A stretch of DNA of 64,000 nt from Candidatus Eiseniibacteriota bacterium (GTDB lineage: Bacteria > Eisenbacteria > RBG-16-71-46). The translations under genes and the position numbers were made by a program. Shown here piece by piece: positions 10,378 through 20,416 of the stretch. The DNA lies in the NCBI GenBank assembly GCA_963717935.1, contig CAVQXP010000004.1, positions 1,632,001 through 1,696,000 on the forward strand, in the 5' to 3' direction. The notes under the pieces were generated by a model. That model made no database searches and was not told where the DNA came from. It worked only from the letters and a program-made list of their open reading frames with translations. Numbering within the stretch: the first letter of the stretch is position 1; each line of letters begins with the position of its first letter.

Positions 10378-10571
10378 GCGGTCTCCGGCTCCCGCGCCGG
10401 CCGGGGAAGAGGGTCGGTCCGTGCGCACGGCGGTACTTGGTTAAGCCATCGGACGACCGGCGACGCCGGTCGCAACGGGGCATTCTAGCAATGGAACGGC
10501 CCCACGTCGCGCAACGCGCCCGCTCGAGCGCCGCGGCCAGGCTGGCGGCGCTCGAGGGGACGATCCCGGCC

Positions 10572-11183
10572 TTACACGGATTCCCTGGTCCCGCCCTCCG
10601 GCTCGATGCCCTCCGGGGTCCGTTGCCTGCATTCGGTGCAGAGCTCGTCCGCGAGCAGGAAGTCAGGGTGCTTGCGCAGGAAGATTCGCACCTGGCCGAG
10701 GGGATCGGACGCCTTGCGGTCCGCGCCGCAGCCCGGGCAGAGGGGGAGGAGCTCGCGCAGCTCGACGAGCTGGGTGGCGTCCTCCAGCACGACCAGCACG
10801 AGCTTGCGGCCCTCGAGTGCCAGCGGCGAGGCGCTGACCAGGAACCAGCGGTCCTCGGGCGGTCCCGTCGCGCCGAGGATCATGTGCGCCATGCGGCGCG
10901 GCGCCGGCCGTCCCGACACCACCGCCTCGATGGACTGCCGCAGGACACAGGACGGGCAGAAGTCGGTGGTGCCGCAGCCGCCGCGGGAGTCCTGCGGGAA
11001 GATGCAATGGAGCACGTCTCCGGGATGCAGGCTCAGCCGCGTTCCGACTCCGTCGCCCAGCCACTGCCGGGCGGCCCGGTTCGCTTCGAGGATCGTCGCT
11101 TCGCCATCCGCGACGAAGGCCAGGGAAGGGAGCGCATCGAGCAGCGCGAGCAGGCTGGAGCCTTCCGGTAGCACGTGTTCCAT
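10572..11183 (-). CDS. PAS-domain protein with Cys clusters and a C-terminal LLPLCxxC...CxxC tail
   Basis: 203 aa from MEHVLPEG; PAS-like ILEANRAA, PGDVLHC..GCGTTDFCPSCVLR, VVLEDAT, LLPLCPGC, LCTEC. Confidence 0.65.
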   Translation of the reverse strand: MEHVLPEGSSLLALLDALPSLAFVADGEATILEANRAARQWLGDGVGTRLSLHPGDVLHCIFPQDSRGGCGTTDFCPSCVLRQSIEAVVSGRPAPRRMAHMILGATGPPEDRWFLVSASPLALEGRKLVLVVLEDATQLVELRELLPLCPGCGADRKASDPLGQVRIFLRKHPDFLLADELCTECRQRTPEGIEPEGGTRESV

Positions 11184-11389
11184 GGTGGCAACCTCGCAGC
11201 GAGCGATGGAGGGCAGCGGGACAGCGGCGGGCCCGGGTGGTGGACGCCGTTTCGGAAGGTGGGCGCTCCGGCACCGAAATCGGGTCGAGCCTGCCACAGG
11301 CCCGGACCCCAGGCAAACGGTCCGGCCTGCCGGGGGCCCGCGCCACCCCGCACTCGTGGTCACATCCGTCACGTCCGGGGTCTGGGTCT

Positions 11390-11418
11390 TTGACGCGGGG
11401 CCGCGGGGGGCGGACGAT
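11390..11418 (+). promoter_or_regulatory. Putative sigma70-type promoter of the S46 peptidase gene
   Basis: TTGACG-N17-GACGAT. Confidence 0.35.
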
Positions 11419-11561
11419 AGGGCCGCGAGCGCGCCGCGTGGCCGCGCGGCCCGTCCTGCGGACGGGGCCGTGCGGCGGGGAGTGCCCGACCAGACTCGCG
11501 TCCTGTCCCATCCCGGTCCTCCGGCCCCTGCCGGTCGGGCCGCGTCCCCGGGGGAGAACTC

Positions 11562-13678
11562 ATGAGCCGCACCGCCACGCTCCGGCGCGGAACCCGCGCC
11601 TTCGCCGCCTCTGCGGCACTCTTCGCCATCCTGGTCGCAGCCGTTCTCCTGCCGGACGCCGTCCGAGCGGACGAGGGCATGTGGACCTTCGACCACCTGC
11701 CGCTCCAGCGGCTGCAGGAGCGCTACGACTTCACGCCCACGCCCGAATGGGTCGAGCACGTCCAGAGGGCCTCGATCAACTTCGGCGGTGGTTCGGGTGC
11801 CTTCGTGTCGCCCGACGGGCTGGCGCTCACGAACCACCACGTGGCGCTCGGCCAGATGGCGAAGATGTCCTCGCCCGGGCACGACTACGTCCGCGACGGC
11901 TTCTTCGCGCGCACTCGCGCCGAGGAGCTGCCCTGCCCCGACCTCGAGCTCAAGGTGCTGATGACCAGCCAGGACGTGACCGCCCGCGTCCTGGGGGCGG
12001 TGGACTCGGCGGCCGTCGACCAGCGAGCAGAGCGCCCAGCGCAAGGTGGCCATGGCCCGCATCGAGCAGGAGGGGAGCCGCGACGGGCTCAGGGGCGAGG
12101 TGGTCGAGCTGTACCGCGGTGGCGAGTACTGGCTCTACCGCTACAAGACCTACAAGGACGTGCGCCTGGTGTGCGCGCCCGAGGAGCAGGCCGCCTTCTT
12201 CGGCGGCGACCTCGACAACTTCTGCTATCCCGCGCCACGACCTGGACTTCGCCTTCTTCCGCGTCTACGAGGACGGCCGGCCGGTCCGCCCGCAGCACTG
12301 GTTCCGCTGGAGCAAGGAGGGCGCGCGCGAGGGCGACCTCGTCTTCGTGGCGGGCAATCCGGGCACGACCAAGCGACTCTACACCGTGGCGCAACTCGAC
12401 CACGAGCGGAACCTGCGATCTGCCGCTGCGGATCCGCCTCAACGAGCAGCGCCTCGCGGCCTACCGGGCCTACGGGGCGCGCGGGCCCGAGCAGGAGCGC
12501 CAGGCCCGCGACCGGGTCCGCGGCCTCGAGAACAACCTCAAGCGCCAGCACGGTTTCCTGGAGGTGCTCTCGGACTCCGGCGGTGATGAAGGCGCGCCGC
12601 GACCGCCGAGGCGGCCCTGCGCCAGCGCATCGCCGCGAACCAGGCGGTCTCGGGGCTGGCGAGCCTCGCCTGGGAGCGCATCGCCGGCGCCATGAAGGAG
12701 ATGGGCCGCCGGCACACGGAGCACGTGGTGCGCGATCTCTCGCGTTCGAGCCGCCTGCTCGACATCGCGAACGGCATCGTGCGCTACACCACCGAGGTGG
12801 TGAAGCCCAACGAGCGAGCGCTTCAAGGAGTACCGCGACGCGAGGCTCGACTCCGAGCGCTTCCGGCTCTTCTCGCTCGCGCCCGTCTATCCCGAGATGG
12901 AGGAGATGACCCTCGGCGTGGTCCTGAGGCAGTGCCGCGGACGAGCTGGGCGCGGACGATCCGTTCGTCCAGGCTGGCGCTGGGCGGACGCACGCCGCAG
13001 GAGTGTCGCGCACACGCTGATCGCGGGCACGAAGCTGGGCGACCTCGCCGTGCGCACGGGCCCTGATCGAGGGCGGTGCGCAGGGCCGTGGCCGCCTCGA
13101 AGGATCCGCTCATCGTCTGGGCGCGTAGGCTCGACGCTCCCTACCGCGAGCTGCGTGCCTGGCACGAGGACCGCGTGCAAAGCGTCGAGACCCTGGACGG
13201 CGGGAGGATCGCGCGGGCGCGCTTCGCGCTCGAGGGCCGGGCGCTGCCCCCGGATGCCACCGGCTCGCTGCGGCTCTCCTACGGGAAGGCGGTCGGCTAC
13301 CCGCAACTGAGCACGCTGGTGCCCTGGGCCACCACGTTCCACGGCCTCTTCGACCGGGCGCTGAGCTTCGGTGGCCAGCCGCCGTTCGACCTGCCGGCGC
13401 GCGTCGCCGAGCACGAGAAGGACCTCGATCTGGCCACGCCGCTGAACTTCGTCAGCACCGACGACATCATCGGGGGGAACTCGGGCAGCGCGGTGCTGAA
13501 CCGCGCAGGCGAGTACGTGGGCCTGGTGTTCGACGGCAACGTGCAGGCCTACGCCTGGGACTACTACTACACCGAGGAGCAGGCGCGCTGCGTCTCGGTG
13601 CATTCGCGGGCGCTGATCGAGGTGCTGCGGAAGGTCTACGACCTGGGCGCGCTGGCGGACGAGGTGGAGGGGAAGTAG
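11562..13678 (+). CDS. S46 family dipeptidyl peptidase (DPP7/DPP11-like); several frameshifts, probably sequencing indels
   Basis: Signal peptide then [77 protein letters not shown], spread over alternating frames. Confidence 0.88.
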
Positions 13679-13890
13679 CCCCCGGGCACGGCGCCAGAGG
13701 CGCGGCGGGGACCAGCGGAGGGCGAGCGTGTCCGTACTTAGCCGCCTTCCGCTGGTCCCCGCCGCGCCTCTGGCGCCAGGGCAGGTCGGAGGGCGAACGT
13801 GCGGACGATCAGCCGCCCTCCGGCTGGCCCCGCCTCCGTCGCGCCCTGTTGGAGTCCCGGACTCGCCCTGTGGCATAGTGCGGCCCGACC

Positions 13891-15386
13891 ATGACCTCCA
13901 CCCGCGCATCCGGTCTCCTGCTGCATCCGACGTCGCTCCCCGGACGCTTCGGCATCGGCGACCTCGGGCCCGAGGCGTCGCGCTGGGTGGACTTCCTCGC
14001 CGCGGCAGGGCAGAGGCTCTGGCAGGTCCTGCCGCTCGGTCCCACCGGATACGGCGACTCGCCCTACCAGAGCTTCTCGGCCTTCGCCGGGAACCCGTAC
14101 CTCGTGAGCCCCGAGCGGTTGTCCGAGGACGGTCTGCTGGGGCCCTCGGACCTCGCGGGAGTGCCAGCGTTCCCCGCCGACCGCGTGGACTACGGTCCGG
14201 TGATCGAGTGGAAGCTCGCGATCCTGGCGAAGGCCCACGCGCGCTTCTCGGCGGGCGCCGTCCCCGTGCTGCGCGCGGAGTACGATGGCTTCTGCCACGC
14301 ACAGGCGGACTGGCTCGAGGACTTCGCCCTCTTCATGGCGCTCAAGGAAGCGCACGGCGGTGCGACCTGGACCTCGTGGGAGAAGGGCCTGGTCGCGCGG
14401 GAGCCCGGGGCCCTCGCCGCCGCGCGCGAGCGCCTCGCGTCGGCGGTGGACTCGCAGCGTTTCCGCCAGTTCCTCTTCTTCCGCCAGTGGAGGGCGCTGC
14501 GCGCGCGCGCGCGCGCGGCAGGGCGTGCGCATCATCGGCGACCTGCCCATCTTCGTCGCGCACGACAGCGCCGACGTCTGGGCCCATCCGGAACTGTTCC
14601 AGCTCGACGCCCGGGGCGCGCCCGACGGTCGTGGCCGGCGTGCCGCCGGACTACTTCGCGAAGACCGGGCAGCTCTGGGGCAACCCGCTCTACCGCTGGG
14701 ACGACGCTGCGCGCGGGACGGCTACGCCTGGTGGGTGGAGCGGCTGCGCGCCACCTTCGAGGTCGTGGACGTCGTGCGGCTCGACCACTTCCGCGGCTTC
14801 GAGGCATGCTGGGAGGTGCCGGCGGGGCATGCCACGGCCGAGAACGGGCCGCTGGGTGAAGGGGCCGGGCGCGGCACTTCTTCGAGAGCGTGCGCGCCGC
14901 GCTGGGAGCGCTGCCCATCATCGCCGAGGACCTCGGCCTGATCACCCCCGAAGTCTTCGCGCTGCGCGACCGCTTCGATCTGCCGGGGATGAAGGTCCTG
15001 CAGTTCGCCTTCGAGAAGGACGCGCTGCACCCGTTCCTGCCGCACAACTTCCCGCACGAACTGCGTGGTCTACACCGGGACCCACGACAACGACACCACG
15101 CGCGGCTGGTACGCGAGCGCGCCCGAGAAGGAGCGCCACTTCGCGCGGTCCTATCTGGGTCGCGGAGGGCAGCGACATCACCTGGGACCTGATCCGCGCC
15201 GGCATGGCCTCGGTGGCCGACACGTTCATCGTGCCGCTGCAGGACGTCCTGGACCTGGGGCCCGAGGCGCGCATGAACCTGCCCGGCCGGCCGGGCGGCA
15301 ACTGGGGCTGGCGTTTCCGGCACGAGCAGGTGACGGACGCCGAGCGCGACCGGCTGCGGGGGCTCGTGGAGACCTACGGGCGATAG
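13891..15386 (+). CDS. malQ: 4-alpha-glucanotransferase (amylomaltase, GH77); frameshifted
   Basis: GLLLHPTSLPG, WQVLPLGP, SPYQSFS, IIGDLPIFV, AGVPPDYF..TGQLWGNPLY, RLDHFRGF, IAEDLG, YTGTHDNDT, MNLPG..GNW.WR. Confidence 0.92.
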
Positions 15387-15467
15387 CAGACCGCGGAGTT
15401 GGAGGCGCGTGGCCCTCTCCCGGTGTATATTCCCGGATTCCATGACCTTCCACCCGAGGCCCGCCGC

Positions 15468-17540
15468 ATGAATCCAGTCCCCGACTCGCCTGCCCTCCAG
15501 CCGCCCTCCGATCTCAACCCCCGGCACGAGCCGGTGCTCGACTTCCCCGACCGCGAGCTCGGAGAGATGACGCCGGCGGACTACCAGGCTCTGGGCTTCA
15601 TGTCGGGTCTCGAGGTGCACCAGCAGATCGTCACCCGCGGCAAGCTCTTCTGCCGCTGCCCGGCCGGCCGGCGCGTCACCCGCGTGGACGCCGAGGTGCT
15701 GCGTCACATGAGGCCCACGCTCTCCGAGTTGGGCGAGTACGACGGCTGCGCGCTCATGGAGTTCAAGACCCGCAAGGAGATCGTCTACCTGCTCGAGCGG
15801 GGCACGGTCTGCACCTACGAGATCGACGATACGCCGCCCTTCCCCATGGACGACGAGGCCGTGCGCGTGGCGCTCGAGATCGCGCTGCTCTTCGGCCTGA
15901 ACCTGGTCTCCGAGCTGCACGTGATGCGCAAGCAGTACCTGGATGGCTCGATCCCGACGGGCTTCCAGCGCACGGCGATGATGGGGCTCGCCGGGTGCAT
16001 CCCCTTCCGCGTGCCCGAGCTGGGCGTGGACCGCGAGCTGCGCATCCGGCAGTTCTCGCTCGAGGAGGACTCCTGCCGCGAGGTCTCGGACGTCGGGCAC
16101 CGCATCACCTTCCGCACCGACCGGCTGGGGATGCCGCTGATCGAGACGGTGACCGAGCCCGATCTCCTCACGCCCTACGAGGTCGCGGCGGGCGGGCGCC
16201 TCCTCTCCCGCGTGGCGCGGGCTTCGGGCAAGGTGCGTCGCGGGGCGGGCGCGGCGCGTCAGGACACGAACGTCTCGGTCGCGGGCGGCCGGCGCGTCGA
16301 GATCAAGGGCGTGGGCAACCACCGGCACCTGCCGCTGCTCACGCATAACGAGGCCTTCCGGCAGTTGAACCTGCTGCGGGTGCGGGCCGAGCTGCGCAGC
16401 CGCGGGGTGGAGGCGAAGGACCTGGCCGTCCCCGACGGGCCGCGGCCCTGGGAGCGCTCGCCACTCGTCGTGCACGCGGGCCCGATGCTCAGGCGCTGCG
16501 ACTACATGCCGCTGCGCGAGGCGCGCGAGCGCGGCGACACGGTGGTGGCGCTCGCGCTGCCCGGCTTCGGCGGCCTGCTGACGCGGGGCACCCAGCCGGG
16601 CGTGACCTTCGCGCGCGAGTTCGCCGACCGCGTGCGGGTGATCGCGTGCCTCACGGCGCGGCCCTTCATGATCCACTCCGACCTGTCGGACTACGGTCTG
16701 ACCCCGGCCGAATGGCGGTCGCTGCGGAAGAGCCTGCGCGCGGGGCCGTCGGACGCCGTCCTGGTGCTGTGGGGCACCGAGCAGGATGTGGAGACGGCGG
16801 TGCGCGAGGCGTTCCTGCGGGCGCGTGACGCGCTGGTCGGCGTGCCCGCGGAGACGCGGCAGTCCTTCCTGGACGGGACCACCGGATTCGAGCGCATCCT
16901 GCCCGGGGCCGATCGCATGTACCCCGACACCGATACACCCCCGAAGGCCATCCCGGAAGCGTGGGTGGCCGAGATCACCGCGCGCCTGTCCGAGCGCCCC
17001 TGGGAGCGGGAGAAGCGCTACCGCGCCCTCGGGTTCGCCGTGGTGCTGGCGGGCCGGCTGGCCGATGCCACCGAGACCGCGGATCTCTTCGACGCGCTCG
17101 CCGTGCCGGCAGGACCGGCTGCGGCGCGCGTGGCGGGCGCGCTGCTCAAACGTCCTGCGCGCTGGCGCCGCAGGCGGGCGGGCGAATCCCCGGCGAATCC
17201 GGAGCGGTTGAAGCCCCTGGTGGATGCCTTCGTGCAGGGCGAGTTACGGCCGGAGGGCTTCGAGCGCGCGCTCGAGCGCGCGCTGGCCGAGCCGGAACGG
17301 ACGGTGGCGGAGCTGCTCGACAGCGTGCGACCGCGAGCGGGCGATGTCGAAGAGGCCGGGCGGAGCATCGCCGCGGCGGTCGAGCGCTGCCGGGCGCTGC
17401 CGGACCGTCCGCGCGCGAGCCTGGTGCGCTGGGCCATGGGACTGGTGATGCGCGACCTGATCGGGCGCGTGGACCCGCGCGAGGTGCAGGCGCGGCTCGA
17501 GCGAGCGCTCGCGGCCCGGAAGGAGGGGGTGGGGCGATGA
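15468..17540 (+). CDS. gatE: Glu-tRNA(Gln) amidotransferase subunit E (archaeal type)
   Basis: GLEVHQQ..KLFCRCP, RPTLSELGEYD, MRKQYLDGS.PTGFQRT, LEEDSCR, DRLGMPLIE, RQD.NVSV..G.RVEIKGV, AspRS-like insertion (IHSD), PGADRMYPDTD, C-terminal MG.VMR. No frameshift. Confidence 0.93.
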   Translation: MNPVPDSPALQPPSDLNPRHEPVLDFPDRELGEMTPADYQALGFMSGLEVHQQIVTRGKLFCRCPAGRRVTRVDAEVLRHMRPTLSELGEYDGCALMEFKTRKEIVYLLERGTVCTYEIDDTPPFPMDDEAVRVALEIALLFGLNLVSELHVMRKQYLDGSIPTGFQRTAMMGLAGCIPFRVPELGVDRELRIRQFSLEEDSCREVSDVGHRITFRTDRLGMPLIETVTEPDLLTPYEVAAGGRLLSRVARASGKVRRGAGAARQDTNVSVAGGRRVEIKGVGNHRHLPLLTHNEAFRQLNLLRVRAELRSRGVEAKDLAVPDGPRPWERSPLVVHAGPMLRRCDYMPLREARERGDTVVALALPGFGGLLTRGTQPGVTFAREFADRVRVIACLTARPFMIHSDLSDYGLTPAEWRSLRKSLRAGPSDAVLVLWGTEQDVETAVREAFLRARDALVGVPAETRQSFLDGTTGFERILPGADRMYPDTDTPPKAIPEAWVAEITARLSERPWEREKRYRALGFAVVLAGRLADATETADLFDALAVPAGPAAARVAGALLKRPARWRRRRAGESPANPERLKPLVDAFVQGELRPEGFERALERALAEPERTVAELLDSVRPRAGDVEEAGRSIAAAVERCRALPDRPRASLVRWAMGLVMRDLIGRVDPREVQARLERALAARKEGVGR

Positions 17541-18925
17541 CGGACGACCGCTACAAGGGCTACCGCGAGCCCTGCCTGTCGGTCCTGAAGCGGTTCGACG
17601 TGACCGTGTGGTGCGAGGTGCGGGCCCGCACCTCGCGCGGCGATTTCGAGGGCCTGCTGCTCCCGCGCTCGGAGACCGCCGACCCGCTCCACCTCGTGCT
17701 CAAGCTCACCACCGGCTACAACGTGGGGCTGCGCCACGACACGGTCACCGGGCTCGAGAAGATCGGCTACCGCGAGGCGCACTACCAGATCCCCGAGCGT
17801 GAGTTCCCGGTGAACCCGGCCATGCCCCGCGTCAAGCTCCTCGGCACGGGTGGTACGATCGCCTCGCGGCTCGACTACCGCACCGGGGCGGTCATCCCCG
17901 CCTTCAGCCCCGGCGAGCTCTACGGCTCGGTGCCCGAGCTCGCCGACATCTGCAACCTCGAGACGGAGAAGCTCTTCGGGGTGTTCTCGGAGAACATGGG
18001 GCCGGAGCAGTACATCGTGCTGGCGGAGCGGATCGGCGAGGCCATCCGAGACGGCTGGGACGGCGTCGTGGTCGGGCATGGCACCGACACCATGCACCAC
18101 ACGGCCGCGGCGCTCTCGTTCATGGTCCAGCGCTCGCCGGTGCCCGTCATCATGGTGGGCAGCCAGCGTTCCTCGGACCGGCCTTCCTCGGACGCGGCGC
18201 AGAACCTCATCAGCGCGACGTGGGCCGCCGCGCACGGGCCCATCGCCGAAGTCATGGTGTGCATGTTCGGCCCGACGTCTGACCGCTACAACCTGCTGCA
18301 CCGGGGGACGCGCGTGCGCAAGATGCACACCTCCTACCGCAGCACCTTCCGCACGCTGGGGGACATCCCGCTCGCGATGGTCGAGCGCGGGAAGCTCACG
18401 CCGCTCAAGGAGGACTGGGCACCCCGGCGCAAGGACCGGGACGTGACGGTGCAGGCGGTCTTCGAGGAGCGCGTCACGATCGTCTACTACTATCCGAACA
18501 TGAACCCCGACCTGATCGACGCGCTGGTGGAGAAGGGCTACAAGGGGATCGTCATCGCGGGCACGGGCCTGGGGCACGTGAACCGCAAGATCTATCCGGC
18601 CCTCGATCGCGCCCGCAGCGCCGGGGTGCTGATCTTCATGGCCGTGCAGACGCTCTGGGGCTTCGTGCAGATGTACGTCTACGAGACGGGGCGGGAGATC
18701 CTGGAGCTGGGGGTCACTCCGCTCGCGAACATGCTGCCCGAGGTGGCCTACATCAAGCTGGGCTGGGCGCTCGGCGTGCATCCCGACGATCCCGAGGCGG
18801 CGCGGCGGCTCATGGTCACGCCGATCGCGGGCGAGACCACCGAGCGCGAGCCGCACGACGGCTACCTGGTGTTCCAGGGCGGTGTTCCCGAGATCCAGGA
18901 GTTCCTGGGCAAGGTCTGGAAGTGA
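17537..18925 (+). CDS. gatD: Glu-tRNA(Gln) amidotransferase subunit D (archaeal type, asparaginase-like)
   Basis: ATGA overlap with gatE stop; GatD N-domain FEGLLLPR..VLKL.TGYNVG; GTGGTIASRLDYRTGAV, HGTDTM, GSQRSSDRPSSD, HRGTRVRKMHTS. 462 aa. Confidence 0.94.
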   Translation: MTDDRYKGYREPCLSVLKRFDVTVWCEVRARTSRGDFEGLLLPRSETADPLHLVLKLTTGYNVGLRHDTVTGLEKIGYREAHYQIPEREFPVNPAMPRVKLLGTGGTIASRLDYRTGAVIPAFSPGELYGSVPELADICNLETEKLFGVFSENMGPEQYIVLAERIGEAIRDGWDGVVVGHGTDTMHHTAAALSFMVQRSPVPVIMVGSQRSSDRPSSDAAQNLISATWAAAHGPIAEVMVCMFGPTSDRYNLLHRGTRVRKMHTSYRSTFRTLGDIPLAMVERGKLTPLKEDWAPRRKDRDVTVQAVFEERVTIVYYYPNMNPDLIDALVEKGYKGIVIAGTGLGHVNRKIYPALDRARSAGVLIFMAVQTLWGFVQMYVYETGREILELGVTPLANMLPEVAYIKLGWALGVHPDDPEAARRLMVTPIAGETTEREPHDGYLVFQGGVPEIQEFLGKVWK

Positions 18926-18947
18926 ACCGACGAGGACGGATGACCGC

Positions 18948-20407
18948 ATGAAGCCGACGACGATGGCACCGACCGAAGCGAAACCGGCGCGTGGAGCGGG
19001 AGCGGTGGCTGCCGCGAGTCCCGGGTCCCCGAGCCTGCCCGCCTGTCTGCTCGAACGCCTGATCGGCCGCCCGGCCGCCACCTGGACGGTGGACGACCTG
19101 GTGACGCTCGCCGCCGGGCGCGGCGTGCGTCTCGTGAGCCTCATGCACGTGGGCGGCGACGGCTGGCTCAAGGTCCTGGACTTCGTGCCACGGAGCCGCG
19201 AGCACCTGCGCGACATCCTCTCCGGGGGCGAGCGCGCCGACGGCTCGAGCCTGTTCGCGGGGCTCGGGCCTCGAGGTGGGGGCCTCGGACATCCTGTTGC
19301 GGCCCCGTGTCGAGACCGCGTTCCTCGATCCGTTCGCGGTCCAGCCGACGCTGGTGCTGCTCTGCGGCCACGCGGGGCGCGACGGCGCGCCGCCTGCCGC
19401 AGTCACCCGACACCATCGTGCGCCAGGCCGGCGAGCGGCTGGTGCGCGAGCTGGGCGTCGAGTTGCACGCGCTGGGCGAGGTCGAGTACTTCCTCGGCCG
19501 GCGCGCGGGCGAGGAGGATGTCTACGGCGCGAACGACCGGGGCTACCACGCCACGTCGCCGTTCGTCTTCGGCGAGGCGCTGCGGCGCGAGGCCATGGCC
19601 CTGCTGGCCGAGATCGGCGTGCCCGGTCAAGTACGGGCACAGCGAGGTGGGCTACGTCCAGGCCACCGAGGCGGACGGGCTCATCTGGGAGCAGCACGAG
19701 ATCGAACTGGGACTCGCTCCGCTGCGCGGCCGCCGCCGACGCGGTGGTGCTCACCCAGTGGGTGCTGCGCAACCTCGCGCACCGGCAGGGCATGCGCTGC
19801 AGCTTCGATCCCATCCTGCGACGCGGCCACGCCGGCACGGGCCTGCACTTCCACTTCTCGCCGGTCCGCGACGGGGAGCACCTCGGCGGGCGCGGCGCGG
19901 ACGGGAGCGCTGAGCCCGCCGGCGCAGTGGCTCATCGCGCGGGCTGGTGCGCATGGGCGGGGCGCTCATGGCGTTCGGCAACCGCACCGAGGGCTCGCTC
20001 ATCCGCCTGACCCAGGCCAAGGAGGCGCCCAACGCCATCGTCTGGGGCGAGTTCGACCGCAGCGCGCTGGTGCGGCTGCCGATCGTGGCGCGCACCGAGG
20101 ACGGCCGGCCGGTGAGCCCGCCGACCATCGAGTTCCGGCTGCCCGACGGCTCGGCCCACCCGCACCTGCTGCTCGCGGGCGTGGCGCAGGTGATGGTCGA
20201 GGCGACGGGCGAGCGCGGACGTCGAGGCGCTGCTCGAGCGCACGTCGGTGACGGCGCTCAAGCGCGGAGCGGGGACGGTCGACACCCGTGCCGACACGGT
20301 TCCTCGAGGTGGCGGAGGCGCTGACGGCCAGCCGCGCCGCGCTCGAAGCGGGCGGGGTCTTCCCGCCGGTGCTCCTCGACCGGCTGATCGAGCGCCTGCG
20401 GGCGTAG
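18948..20407 (+). CDS. Glutamine synthetase family protein; frameshifted
   Basis: GERADGSSLF, FLDPF, LGEVEYF, KYGHSEVG, EQHEIE, GHAGTGLHFH, RL....EAP, RSALVRLP, TIEFRLPDGSA across frames; stop TAG at 20405-20407. Confidence 0.85.
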
Positions 20408-20416
20408 CGCGCCCGC

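Noticed and set aside
15468..18925. Alternative reading as bacterial gatB plus L-asparaginase
   Set aside because: The GatE-specific insertion and motifs, the GatD N-terminal domain and the SSDRPSSD motif identify GatDE; no gatA or gatC is adjacent.
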